From Gammaproteobacteria bacterium (GTDB taxonomy: Bacteria; Pseudomonadota; Gammaproteobacteria; Eutrophobiales; Eutrophobiaceae), in assembly GCA_965116495.1 (NCBI GenBank), contig OZ220696.1, positions 1 to 64,000 on the forward strand: DNA of 64,000 nucleotides, in the 5' to 3' direction. Within the stretch, counting starts at the first letter, position 1, and the number at the start of each line of letters is the position of its first letter. The notes beneath the pieces were generated by a model that was given only the letters and a program-made list of their open reading frames with translations, did no database searches and had not been told where the DNA came from. Position numbers and translations under genes: made by a program. Positions 38,376 through 48,859 of the stretch are shown here, in pieces.

Positions 38376-39674
38376 ATGACCAGGATTACCGGGGCCAGAA
38401 CCGTAGATTTGAGGTTCCCCACTTCGCGTCATGCGGACGGCTCTGATGCGATGAACCCGGACCCGGATTATTCAGCGGCCTATGTGGTTCTGGAAACGGA
38501 CCAGGCCGGCCTGGAAGGGTGCGGGATGACCTTTACCATCGGCCGCGGCACTGATCTCTGCGTTGCCGCGATCGATTTGTTGTTGCCGCGTGTCGTCGGA
38601 AAAAAGCTGGATGCCATCACCGGCGACATGGCTGGGTTTTGGCGTGAGATCACGGGAGATAGCCACCTGCGCTGGTTGGGCCCGGAAAAAGGCATCATTC
38701 ATATGAGTACCGCGGCTGTTGTAAACGCCGTCTGGGACCTTTGGGCAAAGGCTGAGAACAAACCGTTATGGAAACTGCTCTCGGACATGAGTTCGGAGCA
38801 ACTTGTGTCATGTATCGATTTTCGCTATATCACGGATGCTCTGACCCCGGAACAGGCGCTGGCTATCCTGGATGACAATAACGAGGGGCGCGCCCGGCGG
38901 GAAGCGTTTCTGTTGAGGAACGGTTATCCGGCCTACACGACTTCCGCCGGCTGGCTGGGTTATGTTGATGACAAGCTCAGGGCGTTGTGCCGCCAATGTG
39001 TCGAGCAGGGCTGGTCGTACATGAAATTCAAGGTGGGAGGAGACCTTGACGATGACCGGCGCAGGCTTGCCATTGTCAGGGAAACTGTTGGTGATGGTAT
39101 GCATATCATGATTGATGCAAACCAGGTATGGGACGTTGAGCAGGCTATCCGGTGGGTGAATGAACTCGCGGAATTTCGACCGTTATTTATTGAAGAACCG
39201 ACCAACCCGGACGATGTGCTCGGCCACAGGAAGATACGGGAGAACGTCAGGCCGACAGGCGTCGCAACGGGAGAAAATTGCCATAACCGGGTTATGTTCA
39301 AGCAGTTTTTCCAGGCACAGGCAATTGATTACTGTCAACTGGACAGTTGCCGCCTGGGAGGGGTAAACGAGGTGCTGGCAGTACTGCTGCTGGCGGCGAA
39401 ATACCAGGTGCCGGTCTGGCCGCATGCCGGGGGGGTCGGTCTGTGCGAATACGTCCAACACCTGTCCATGGTCGATTTTCTACGCATATCCGGCACCATG
39501 GAGAACCGGGTGATTGAATACGTCGATCACCTGCATGAACATTTTTTGCATCCCTGTATCATCCGGGAAGGGAACTACGTGGCGCCTGCCGCGCCGGGTT
39601 ACAGCATACAGGTGCACAGCAAAAGCCTGGAAGATTATGCGTACCCGTACGGAAAAATGTGGAATTTGTCGTGA
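38376..39674 (+). CDS. L-fuconate dehydratase-like enolase-superfamily enzyme
   Basis: DLRFPTS..DGSDAMNPDPDYSAAY, FTIGRG, WLGPEKG, IEEPT, PHAGGVGLCE. Confidence 0.9.
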   Translation: MTRITGARTVDLRFPTSRHADGSDAMNPDPDYSAAYVVLETDQAGLEGCGMTFTIGRGTDLCVAAIDLLLPRVVGKKLDAITGDMAGFWREITGDSHLRWLGPEKGIIHMSTAAVVNAVWDLWAKAENKPLWKLLSDMSSEQLVSCIDFRYITDALTPEQALAILDDNNEGRARREAFLLRNGYPAYTTSAGWLGYVDDKLRALCRQCVEQGWSYMKFKVGGDLDDDRRRLAIVRETVGDGMHIMIDANQVWDVEQAIRWVNELAEFRPLFIEEPTNPDDVLGHRKIRENVRPTGVATGENCHNRVMFKQFFQAQAIDYCQLDSCRLGGVNEVLAVLLLAAKYQVPVWPHAGGVGLCEYVQHLSMVDFLRISGTMENRVIEYVDHLHEHFLHPCIIREGNYVAPAAPGYSIQVHSKSLEDYAYPYGKMWNLS

Positions 39675-39679
39675 ATCGG

Positions 39680-40445
39680 CTAATGGCGCAGGATCTGGCT
39701 CAGGAACTCTTTGAGCCGCGCTGACGAGGGGTTGTTAAAGAAGCTTTCCGGGTTGTTTACCTCTATAATCCGGCCTTCATCCATAAAGATTATCCGGTTT
39801 GCCACCTGGCGGGCAAAGCCCATTTCATGGGTTACGCATAACATGGTCATGCCGGAGGCAGCCAGTCCCGTCATGGTCTCCAGCACCTCGCCGATCATTT
39901 CCGGGTCCAGTGCGGACGTAGGTTCATCGAAGAGCATGATCTTGGGCTTCATGCACAGCGCCCGGGCGATAGCTACCCGCTGTTGCTGGCCGCCTGACAA
40001 CTGTGCCGGGAATTTGTCGGTGTATTCCTGCATCTTGACCCTGCCCAGGTAATGCATGGCCGTTTCATGCGCCTCTTTTTCACTGAGATTCCGTACCCGG
40101 ACGGGGGGCCAGGACCAGGTTTTCCATTACGGTCAAATGAGGGAACAGGTTGAACTGCTGGAATACCATGCCTACATCTTCCCGCACGGCGCGGGTATCC
40201 TTGTTGTCGTTCAGGGTTGTGCCCTGGACCGCCAGCGAGCCTGACTGGTAGCTTTCCAACGCGTTGATACAGCGGATAAGGGTGGATTTGCCGGAACCGG
40301 ACGGCCCGCAGATGACGATCTTCTCGCCGGCCCTGACCTGCAGGCTGATGTCTTTCAGCACGTGGAATTCGCCGTACCACTTGTTCAGGTTATCGATATG
40401 GATAATATCGGCAACAACGCCGGGTTTGGTGTCGGTCGTTTTCAT
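39680..40445 (-). pseudogene. AapP/GlnQ-type ABC ATPase split by one extra base in a G6 run
   Basis: Walker A (GPSGSGKS) lies in 40080-40445; LSGGQQQR and FDEPT lie in 39680-40057; deleting one base at 40103-40108 restores LAPVRVRNLSEKEAHETAMHYL. Confidence 0.9.
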
Positions 40446-40581
40446 TGGTCATACCGGAACATAATGTATACTCAACTCAACTGGTCCCGGGAGATGGCTT
40501 AAATCATACTCCCAATATCGATCGAATAGCAAAAGAAGGAGCAATCTTCTGGACACAGCCGGACTGGTAGTGCGTCAGGTG

Positions 40582-41445
40582 TTATCCTTTTTCACTCCAC
40601 CATTCGGTGCCGGATACCTGACGCAAAAAAGCATCCCGTTCAGAATCAGTTTGCCCAAGCATCGTGTTGAGAACTTTTTTTGCAACATCGCCCGCCGGCC
40701 AACGGAGCTGTGTCCCGTCTGAATTAACAATATCGACTAACAGCTTTCCTATGGTTTCCGGGTCCGGTGCAGTCGGGATACGATCCTTTAACGCCTGGTG
40801 TCTGTATTCAACAAGTTGGCGATAGGGTGAAGCGTGCGGGTAATAATCCGGTAATAAGGATTTTTCCGGTATGCTGCTTGAAAAAATTCCGGTGGCGTAC
40901 AAGCCTGCTTCAACCAGGGCCAGTTTAATACCCCAACGATCAACTTCATGCCGTAATGCTTCAGTTGCTCCTTCCAGGCCAAATTTACTGGCGCTGTAGA
41001 CGACATCACCCGGCAAACCTGCAATACCTGAAAGCGAGCTGATCATGATGATATAGCCGTTTTTTTGTTTCCGCATATACGGGAGCACGGCGCGGGTCAG
41101 CAAAAGTGGGCCGAACAGATTTGTTTCAATAACTTCACGGAGCATCTCTTCAGACAAATCTTCAAGTGCTCCGGCGCGCAAAATACCCGCATTATTTACC
41201 AGGACGTCTATGGATCCTGTTTCGTCCAGAATTTCTTCAAAAAGAGATGTAAAAAAAACCGGCTGAGTAACATCCAGTTGTCTGATACGTATTTTGAGTC
41301 CTTCGTGTTCAGCAGCATTCCGCAACGCTTCAGCCTTGTCCAGGTTTCTCATGGTGGCATACACGGTATCCCCGTTCCGGGCAAATGCCAGTGCCCCTTC
41401 CAGACCAAAACCACTACTACTGCCTGTCAGTATAATTGTAGACAT
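40582..41445 (-). CDS. Short-chain dehydrogenase/reductase (copy 2)
   Basis: LTGSSSGFG, LVNNAG, YSASK. Confidence 0.93.
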   Translation of the reverse strand: MSTIILTGSSSGFGLEGALAFARNGDTVYATMRNLDKAEALRNAAEHEGLKIRIRQLDVTQPVFFTSLFEEILDETGSIDVLVNNAGILRAGALEDLSEEMLREVIETNLFGPLLLTRAVLPYMRKQKNGYIIMISSLSGIAGLPGDVVYSASKFGLEGATEALRHEVDRWGIKLALVEAGLYATGIFSSSIPEKSLLPDYYPHASPYRQLVEYRHQALKDRIPTAPDPETIGKLLVDIVNSDGTQLRWPAGDVAKKVLNTMLGQTDSERDAFLRQVSGTEWWSEKG

Positions 41446-41578
41446 ATATCAGTCCTGGTTAATGTACGGTGTAAGTAAGCAATTTCTTGTACAAAATTGT
41501 GCTTTTCCAGGTCAGCTTCCATTTATTATAAATTGTTGTAAAACTGTGACATTCAATATTACTGTAGTCAACAAAGCC

Positions 41579-41607
41579 TTGACAGAAATATAATTTATGC
41601 TTAAAGT
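41579..41607 (+). promoter_or_regulatory. Sigma70-type promoter of TonB-dependent receptor 3
   Basis: TTGACA-17-TAAAGT in an AT-rich intergenic region. Confidence 0.5.
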
Positions 41608-41710
41608 AATCTAACGGTTTTATCAGCCACATTCGATTGTGAGAATGGAGGCTGGTAGCGTTGAAAAAACATGCATTAACAATAAGTATGAATCTTTCAA
41701 GAGGGTCCAG

Positions 41711-44281
41711 ATGAAAATCAAAAATTGTTTATTTGCCGCGCTGGCAGCATCCATTGCTATCCCCGTCTACTCCCAGGGAACGTTGGAGGAAATTGTTGTA
41801 ACGGCACAACGCAGGGAACAGAGTCTCCAGGATGTACCTGTCAGTGTTACTGCATTCACCGGGGATACACTCGAAAACCTGAAGATTACTGAAGCTTCCC
41901 AGTATTTACAGATGACGCCGAACGTCAGTTACACCGAGGATGGGCAAGTCGGCGCCCGCGGTATCAGTATCGCAATGCGCGGTGTGAGTAACGTCAACAC
42001 GGACGAAAGCGCGTTCATCCAGTCGATCGGCGTTTACCTGGACGAGTTCAGTATATCGGCAGTTGCCAATGGAACGGCGAACCCGCAATTGCTGGACCTC
42101 GAACGGGTGGAAGTGCTGCGCGGGCCACAGGGTACTTATTTCGGTCGTAACTCGGTAGGGGGCGCACTGAATATTCAAACCAAACGGCCAGGTGACGAAT
42201 TCGGCTATAAAATCTTAGCCGGCGGGCATGGTTATGAGACGACAGGCTCCCAGTGGAATGCCGGAGCGATCGTGAACGTGCCCTTCAGCGACAATTTCAA
42301 GGCGAGAGCGGTGCTCTTTTATGAGGATAATTCCGGCATTGTGAAAAACATCGTCCCCGATGGCGGAGATAGTGGTCATGACTTTGTGATGGGCCGTATT
42401 AATGCCGAATTTACCCCTTCGGATGCGACGAGTATAAATGTCACGTTCATGCGCACGGTTGAAGAACAAGGCCTTGATGAAACGGTACCGGCCGGCGTCT
42501 GGGATACCGATACGGTCGCCACTTTCGGTCTTAACAGGCCGGACGGGGCAACTTTCAACACCGCCCAGGATGACGGCACGGGTTTCTGGCCCCATAACCG
42601 TGACAAGGTGGCGCATTCGGCAATCGGCGAGCGCAACGACAACAGTTCAACTATCAGCATTATCAATGTATCCCATCAATTAACGGATGAAATCACCATC
42701 AAGTCGATTACCGGTCGAATCGATACAGAAAATGAAAAGATATTCGACAATGACCTGGTGCCTGAAGACCTGGTGAATCGTTACCAGTCAAGGGAAGCCG
42801 AGTCCTGGAGTACCGAGTTGAGGGTTGAGTTTTCCAATGAACAGTTCGACTGGGTTAGCGGATTTCTGTACGCGGAGGACAGGATAGAGGATGTCCCGCT
42901 GGAGGGCACTCCCGGTGGTGGTATCGGCGTTGTTACCGGTGTGACTACGGCCGTGGACGGTGGTGAATTTCTCGGACCGGTACCGGGTGGAAACCCCAAT
43001 GCGCCAATAGTAATGCCGGGTGTGGTGGATTTTGCTCTGACGGGAGCGCTTCCACCTTTGTTTGATTTATCTGGTGGCGCAGTTCCGGGAGGTCTTCATC
43101 TCTGGCATTTCGTAGGTGGTGGCACACCTGACGGGCAACCACCGCTTTGCTTGGGTTGTGGTCTGAGGAAATTGCACAATGACAGTTGGTCAATATTCTC
43201 CGATATCACCTGGCATGCCACCGAACAACTGGACCTGACGGTTGGTTTTCGTTACACGGAAGATGACATATCGGCAAGCACCAGGAGGATTGGATTGGTC
43301 CGGAAACCGAGACTTGCGGATATGCCGGTATTTTCAAATGGCGACACCTTCGATGATTTTACCCCGCGCTTCTCCGTCGGCTGGCAGGCGACCGACGATA
43401 TGAGGTTGTATGGCACCGTGTCGAGAGGCTACAAGGCAGGGGGGTATACGCTTGATTTCAATTCGGCCGACGGGGCGCCCAACAGAGGAATAGTCAATGA
43501 GAAATTTGACGAAGAGACACTCTGGAATTACGAGATAGGTCTCAGGTCGGAATGGCTGGACCGCAGACTGAGGCTGAATATTTCAGCATTTTATCTCGAA
43601 TGGGATAACCTGCAGTTACAGACATTTTTCTTCACGGTACCTGGTGACGCCACATCAAATATTCAGAAGACCATCAACGTGGGTGAAGCGGAGGCAAAAG
43701 GCTTCGAAGTGGAACTGGCCGCTGCCCCTGCTGAACGCTTCCTGATCACCGCAGGGCTGGGTTACGCCGATACGGAAATAAACAGTGATGACTATGCAAG
43801 TATCAGCGGGAACCTGAGGGTATCTCTGAAAGACCATCCCTTGCCCCGTTCCCCAGAGTGGACCTGGAATATGGCGGCGGAATACAGTTGGCCCTGGGAC
43901 GGTAACGAGATGTATATCCGCGGTGAGTGGATTTACCGGGACAGCCAGTTCTCCACTATCGAAGATGTCACTTATCGTCAGACCAGCGGCGTGGCCGTGC
44001 CTGGTAACCCGTTATTGCCGGCTACCGGAGATAACGTCATAGCAGTTATACCGGATCGTTCGGACGGTTTTCCGTTTCGTTCACCGGATTATCACCTGGT
44101 CAATATCAGGGCCGGAGCTATCATCAATGAAACCTGGGAGTTCAACGTCTACGTGAATAACGTATTTGACGAGGAATATTATACGGGTACGGGCGAGAAC
44201 TTCGGGTTGAGCGGATTCCGGTTGCGTCCGCATCCGCGCTATTTCGGCGGCGGTGTCAGTTACAGTTTTGGCGGTATCTGA
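41711..44281 (+). CDS. TonB-dependent receptor 3 (organic-substrate type)
   Basis: LEEIVVTAQRREQSLQDVP, VEVLRGPQGTYFGRN..GG, SRGYKAGG; ATG at 41711 gives a signal peptide. Confidence 0.94.
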   Translation: MKIKNCLFAALAASIAIPVYSQGTLEEIVVTAQRREQSLQDVPVSVTAFTGDTLENLKITEASQYLQMTPNVSYTEDGQVGARGISIAMRGVSNVNTDESAFIQSIGVYLDEFSISAVANGTANPQLLDLERVEVLRGPQGTYFGRNSVGGALNIQTKRPGDEFGYKILAGGHGYETTGSQWNAGAIVNVPFSDNFKARAVLFYEDNSGIVKNIVPDGGDSGHDFVMGRINAEFTPSDATSINVTFMRTVEEQGLDETVPAGVWDTDTVATFGLNRPDGATFNTAQDDGTGFWPHNRDKVAHSAIGERNDNSSTISIINVSHQLTDEITIKSITGRIDTENEKIFDNDLVPEDLVNRYQSREAESWSTELRVEFSNEQFDWVSGFLYAEDRIEDVPLEGTPGGGIGVVTGVTTAVDGGEFLGPVPGGNPNAPIVMPGVVDFALTGALPPLFDLSGGAVPGGLHLWHFVGGGTPDGQPPLCLGCGLRKLHNDSWSIFSDITWHATEQLDLTVGFRYTEDDISASTRRIGLVRKPRLADMPVFSNGDTFDDFTPRFSVGWQATDDMRLYGTVSRGYKAGGYTLDFNSADGAPNRGIVNEKFDEETLWNYEIGLRSEWLDRRLRLNISAFYLEWDNLQLQTFFFTVPGDATSNIQKTINVGEAEAKGFEVELAAAPAERFLITAGLGYADTEINSDDYASISGNLRVSLKDHPLPRSPEWTWNMAAEYSWPWDGNEMYIRGEWIYRDSQFSTIEDVTYRQTSGVAVPGNPLLPATGDNVIAVIPDRSDGFPFRSPDYHLVNIRAGAIINETWEFNVYVNNVFDEEYYTGTGENFGLSGFRLRPHPRYFGGGVSYSFGGI

Positions 44282-44304
44282 TACCTGCGCATCGTTTAAT
44301 ATTC

Positions 44305-44341
44305 AGCCCTTACCGGCATGACGGCCGGTAAGGGTTTTTTT
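44305..44341 (+). terminator. Rho-independent terminator
   Basis: CCCTTACCGGC-atgacg-GCCGGTAAGGG followed by T7. Confidence 0.9.
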
Positions 44342-44386
44342 CGCGGCTATGGAAGCTGAGACCATTATTTCATCCCGGAGAATTCA

Positions 44387-44896
44387 ATGAATAGAATAAT
44401 CGCGACATTGGTTTTCCTGTGTATGCCGCACGTATTCTGTATTGCTCAGGAACGATCAAACATGAACACTGAAATTGATCAACACTCTTATCGTTTAGGC
44501 GGCCTGTCAACCTTCGCGGAAATGGTCAGAGTCGGCGTCAAAACCCTCGCCCTGAGCGCGGCCATGACGCCCGATGAAATGAATGATTTCGTGGGTGGTG
44601 CAGAGCGCATCGCTCAGGAAGAAGGCGTAATGCTCTATCGCGAGACGGATTTGATCGTCACCGACCTGTTCCCTGCCGACGTCGCTGAAGGCAAGCATGT
44701 GCTGTTGATCTACCAAGGCACAACCCTGGATGAGTACCTGGCGCTTAAGAAGAGAATATCTGAATTAGTGGAAACAGGTTCTTATGCGGGTGAGGCGCGC
44801 CGGGACATAGCCAGAGAGTTCGGGAAACTGCTCAGTTATCCCGATGCTGTTGTCGAAAAGATGATAGATAAAAACCTCGGGACGTCCACGCGCTGA
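44387..44896 (+). CDS. Hypothetical exported protein
   Basis: 169-aa ORF with SD GGAG and a signal-peptide-like N-terminus. Confidence 0.75.
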   Translation: MNRIIATLVFLCMPHVFCIAQERSNMNTEIDQHSYRLGGLSTFAEMVRVGVKTLALSAAMTPDEMNDFVGGAERIAQEEGVMLYRETDLIVTDLFPADVAEGKHVLLIYQGTTLDEYLALKKRISELVETGSYAGEARRDIAREFGKLLSYPDAVVEKMIDKNLGTSTR

Positions 44897-44933
44897 TAGC
44901 AGTCGTTCAACTCACTATCGGATACGTTTGCTG

Positions 44934-45416
44934 TCATGGAATCGGCAGGTACAGGGAGAACGGATTATCAGCAAAGGCAATAAATCCAAAATGCTCATAA
45001 AATGATTTTGCTTTTGTGTCCTTGGCGTCTGCGATCAGGGCGTATGCGGCCACTTCTCGTCTTGCCCGCAGACAGCGGTCTACCGCGCAACCCAGTAAGC
45101 GTTTCCCCATACCCCGGCCCTGGATATTTTGTCGAAGCGCGAACCGTCCCATACGAAAACAAGGGACAGGGTAGCGTGGTAGATGCTTTCTTTCCGGCTC
45201 TGATATCTGGTCTATCTCAATATGGGCAGCGCTCAGCGTGTAATAGCCGAGGACCTCGGCCGGCTTATCGGTATCAACCAGAACATAGAGTTGAGATAGA
45301 TTACGCCTGCGGTCCTGAGTCGCATATCGCGTAAGATAATCGTTCAGTTGGGGCGTTCCACAATCAAAATCGGCACAGTTATGGAGTTGGGAATCAAGCG
45401 GCTGTTCTTCAAGCAC
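44934..45416 (-). CDS. GNAT acetyltransferase toxin (TacT/AtaT-like)
   Basis: FDCG..LNDYL, GYYTLSA, PRYPVP..MGR.A...QGRGMG, FYEHFGF. Confidence 0.9.
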   Translation of the reverse strand: MLEEQPLDSQLHNCADFDCGTPQLNDYLTRYATQDRRRNLSQLYVLVDTDKPAEVLGYYTLSAAHIEIDQISEPERKHLPRYPVPCFRMGRFALRQNIQGRGMGKRLLGCAVDRCLRARREVAAYALIADAKDTKAKSFYEHFGFIAFADNPFSLYLPIP

Positions 45417-45681
45417 GATTTACGTCCTTGCGTGCCGTAGCCAGCGCTTCCTGCAGGGGCTTGTTGGGAGTAAAAGCCTGGTTTAAAGCTGTACTGAACG
45501 CACCGAAATCCCGCCGGGTCAGAACCAGTCTGGCCTCTTGATCAATAACCTCCCGCGCTTTTTCTTTTGCGGCAGCACGCACAAATCCCGCCATAGTGGT
45601 GCCCATCAGGGTTGCAGCCTCGGCAAACATATCCTTGTCTTCTTTATCCAGTTTCAGGTCAAAGCGAGCTAACGTTGTCAT
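45409..45681 (-). CDS. DUF1778 RHH antitoxin (TacA/AtaR-like)
   Basis: ARFDLKL..EDK....AA.L.G.....FV..AA..A..VI...PN..L; overlaps the toxin start. Confidence 0.9.
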   Translation of the reverse strand: MTTLARFDLKLDKEDKDMFAEAATLMGTTMAGFVRAAAKEKAREVIDQEARLVLTRRDFGAFSTALNQAFTPNKPLQEALATARKDVNRA

Positions 45682-45723
45682 TACAATCTCCCCGGATTCG
45701 AAGTGCTGTATTTATATCTATAG

Positions 45724-45758
45724 ATACGGTATTTTACCGTATTAAAGAGGTGTGTCAA
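45724..45758 (-). promoter_or_regulatory. TA promoter with an overlapping palindromic operator
   Basis: Minus-strand TTGACA-16-TAAAAT; perfect 8-3-8 repeat ATACGGTA-TTT-TACCGTAT over the -10. Confidence 0.75.
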
Positions 45759-45767
45759 TACTCACTG

Positions 45768-46397
45768 CTACGACAACAAAGAACGTGTAATTCGTAGTAT
45801 GGTTTTTTTGAGGCATTCCCAGTCTGCAGCTTCAACCAGTTCTGCCGGTGCCAGCCAACTTCCGCCTACGCAGAACACGTTTTCCAGTTTAAGGTAATCC
45901 CCGGCATTGTCTGCATTCAGGCCGCCGGTAGGGCAGAACCTGATTTCGGGGAACAGTTCCCGGAACATGCGCAGGGCCCCGATGCCGCCTGCCGACTCTG
46001 CCGGGAAAAACTTCAGGTAACCTAATCCCATTTCCCGGGCAGCCATGACCTCTGATACGGTGCTGACACCTGGCAGATACGGCATGTCCAGTTTTCCGGC
46101 AGTATTGACCAGGCGTTCCGTCATGCCCGGGCTGACACAGAACCGGGCGCCTGCCTCCTTTGCCCGCTGCAGTTGTCCGAGAGAGGTGACCGTGCCGAAG
46201 CCCACGTGCATACCGGGGCATTCGTTGATTACGTTTTCAGCAGCCTTGAAAGCGCTTTCCGTTCGCAGGGTAATCTCGATGAAATGGATGCCGCAATCCT
46301 GTAACGTCCGGGCCAGGGACACTGCCCGGTCCGGGTTGTCTATGGTGCAGACGGGAAGAATACTGCCCGCAGGGATAATGTCCGTGATGGATGCCAT
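45768..46397 (-). CDS. eda: KDPG/KHG aldolase
   Basis: IEITLRT, G.GTV, SPG, LKFFPA, FCPTGG, VGGSWL. Confidence 0.95.
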   Translation of the reverse strand: MASITDIIPAGSILPVCTIDNPDRAVSLARTLQDCGIHFIEITLRTESAFKAAENVINECPGMHVGFGTVTSLGQLQRAKEAGARFCVSPGMTERLVNTAGKLDMPYLPGVSTVSEVMAAREMGLGYLKFFPAESAGGIGALRMFRELFPEIRFCPTGGLNADNAGDYLKLENVFCVGGSWLAPAELVEAADWECLKKTILRITRSLLS

Positions 46398-46450
46398 GTT
46401 AATCGCTTAAACTATACTGTCCTGATGATTTTAACCTATTAACGGCAAAA

Positions 46451-47413
46451 ATGATTAACTGGACAATCAGCGGACCTGCCAGGGTCGCGGCAATCGGTGA
46501 ATGCATGATCGAGCGCAGCACCGGTGCTTCCTATGAAGCCTCTGCGTTATTTTCAGGCGATACGCTCAATACGCTGACCTACGCAGCAAGATTGCTCGGC
46601 AAGGACAGGGCAGACCTGTTTTATATCACTGCGGTTGGGGAAGATGAGGACAGTAGCGCCATGCTGGCGGCCTGGGAGGCTGAAGGCATCAATACGGGGT
46701 TTGCCAGGCGTTTACGGGATAAATTACCGGGCAGCTACACCATCGCAACCGGACCGGGCGGAGAGCGCCGTTTCGATTACGACCGGGGCAGGTCCGCTGC
46801 GCGTGAGTTGTTCAGGGATGATTTTGCTGCGAGCCTGCAAGATTCCCTGAAAGCGTTTCACGTGGTTTATTTATCCGGCATATCGTTCGCCATACTCAAT
46901 AATGAATATCGGGAGATCCTGCTCGACTTATTGAAATCCTTGCGCCAGGCAGGCGTTATCATCGTGTATGATCCGAATTACAGGGCTGCATTATGGAAGT
47001 CCCCCCGGGACGCGAGGGACTGGGCCGAACGTATCTACCGCGAAGCCGATGCAGCCTTGCCCGGTTTTGACGATGAGGAAGTGCTATTCAATGATGCCAC
47101 ACCGGAACATACCTGTGCCCGCCTGGCTGACCTCGGGCTTACGGAGATCGTTGTGAAAAACGGTCCATCTCCTTGTACGGTGGCAACAGGAAAGGATATC
47201 AGCCGCTTTCCGGTAACGGGACAGAACCGGGTCGTTGACACCACTGCCGCGGGAGACTCCTTTAATGCCGGGTATATTTCGGCGCGCCTGTGCGGCAGTG
47301 ACATCGCCACCTCTGTCCGGGCAGGGCAATCACTGTCAGAACTTGTCATCCAGTATCCCGGCGCCATTATTCCCCGGGATGCCATGCCGTCATTACCTGA
47401 ACTGGTTATCTGA
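46451..47413 (+). CDS. kdgK: 2-keto-3-deoxygluconate kinase (PfkB family)
   Basis: IGECMIE, GDTLNT, DPNYR..LW, VVDTTAAGDSFNAG. Confidence 0.9.
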   Translation: MINWTISGPARVAAIGECMIERSTGASYEASALFSGDTLNTLTYAARLLGKDRADLFYITAVGEDEDSSAMLAAWEAEGINTGFARRLRDKLPGSYTIATGPGGERRFDYDRGRSAARELFRDDFAASLQDSLKAFHVVYLSGISFAILNNEYREILLDLLKSLRQAGVIIVYDPNYRAALWKSPRDARDWAERIYREADAALPGFDDEEVLFNDATPEHTCARLADLGLTEIVVKNGPSPCTVATGKDISRFPVTGQNRVVDTTAAGDSFNAGYISARLCGSDIATSVRAGQSLSELVIQYPGAIIPRDAMPSLPELVI

Positions 47414-47435
47414 AACCAAATACTGAAAACTGACG

Positions 47436-48806
47436 ATGCATTCCAGCCCACAGCCCATCAAGACTTGGTCGTCCAGGCTGACGTTCCTGTGCGCAACGGT
47501 CGGCGCGTCCATCGGCCTGGGGAATCTATGGCGTTTTCCCTACGTTGCTGGTGAAAACGGTGGCGGCGCCTTCATCATCGTATACCTGGCCATCATCCTG
47601 TTATTATGCGTGCCCCTGATCATGGTCGAACTGGCCATGGGCCGACGCGGCGGCAAAAGTCCGGTGATGACGATGGTGAGTCTGTGCAAGGAGGGTAACC
47701 ATCATGGTTTCTGGAAGATCATCGGCTGGTTGAGCGTCATCTCGCCGGTTTGCGCCCTGTGTTTTTATGCCGTCGTCGCCGGCTGGTCCCTGGATTACGC
47801 GTTCCATGCCTTGCGCGGCGTTTTTGTTTCCATCGCACCCGTGGATGCTGAAGGACAGTTTGAAAGACTGCTTGCCTCTCCTTACCGGATGACACTCTGG
47901 TATTCCATATATATTGCGGGAACTGTCTGGGTAATTGGCATGGGCGTCAAGCGCGGTATAGAGACGGTAACCACGTTCATGTTGCCGACATTATTCATCA
48001 TGATAGTCATGTTGGTTATATATGGACACATCGAAGGTTCGCCCGCCCGGGCCTGGCAATTCATGTTCACTCCGGATTTCTCCAGCCTCACCTGGAGAAG
48101 CCTGCTGATGGCCCTGGGGCAGGCCTTGTTTTCCATCACCGTCGGCACCGGCGCGCTGCTGACATATGGCGCCTATTTATCCAAAGATATCTCCCTGCCC
48201 GGACCCTCCTGGTTGATTGCAATCAGCGATACCATGGCGGCCATGTTGGCCGGGCTGGCCATTTTTCCCATTGTGTTTGCTTCCGGACTGGACCCGGCAG
48301 GCGGGCCCGGTCTGATGTTTATTACCTTGCCGGTTGCCCTCGGGGGCATGCCGGCCGGCCATTTTTTCAGCGTGATATTTTTTGTGTTGTTATTTTTTGC
48401 TGCTTTTACATCATCCCTGGCCATGCTGGAACCCTTTGTCTCATTCATGGAAGACAAGGGGTATAAACGTTTTACGATGTCGGTGATCAGCGGTTCGGTG
48501 ATCTGGCTCGTCGGCCTGACTGCCGTACTGTCATTCAACGTAATAAAGGATTTCAAGCCGCTGTCATTTATCCCTCTTTATGACGGCAAAGGCATGTTCA
48601 ATATAATTGAATTCACGGTGTCGAATATCATGCTGCCGCTGACCGCGTTGCTGATAGCATTGTTTGCCGGCTGGGTTATGTCCGGCAGGTTGTTACGGGA
48701 GGAAATGGGTATCAGGAACGATGTGGCTTTTCAAACCTGGCGCGTGCTTACCCGCTATGTTGCTCCAATCGGGGTTGGCTGCGTGCTGGTATTCGGTTTA
48801 ATGTAA
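47436..48806 (+). CDS. Sodium-dependent SNF/NSS-family transporter
   Basis: IGLGNLWRFPYVAGENGGGAF, ALGQALFS, GPGLMF. Confidence 0.95.
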   Translation: MHSSPQPIKTWSSRLTFLCATVGASIGLGNLWRFPYVAGENGGGAFIIVYLAIILLLCVPLIMVELAMGRRGGKSPVMTMVSLCKEGNHHGFWKIIGWLSVISPVCALCFYAVVAGWSLDYAFHALRGVFVSIAPVDAEGQFERLLASPYRMTLWYSIYIAGTVWVIGMGVKRGIETVTTFMLPTLFIMIVMLVIYGHIEGSPARAWQFMFTPDFSSLTWRSLLMALGQALFSITVGTGALLTYGAYLSKDISLPGPSWLIAISDTMAAMLAGLAIFPIVFASGLDPAGGPGLMFITLPVALGGMPAGHFFSVIFFVLLFFAAFTSSLAMLEPFVSFMEDKGYKRFTMSVISGSVIWLVGLTAVLSFNVIKDFKPLSFIPLYDGKGMFNIIEFTVSNIMLPLTALLIALFAGWVMSGRLLREEMGIRNDVAFQTWRVLTRYVAPIGVGCVLVFGLM

Positions 48807-48859
48807 CCCGGCCCCAGGCTGTGGAATATCCGGACTGGCTGCCGTATTACGGCGCCTGT

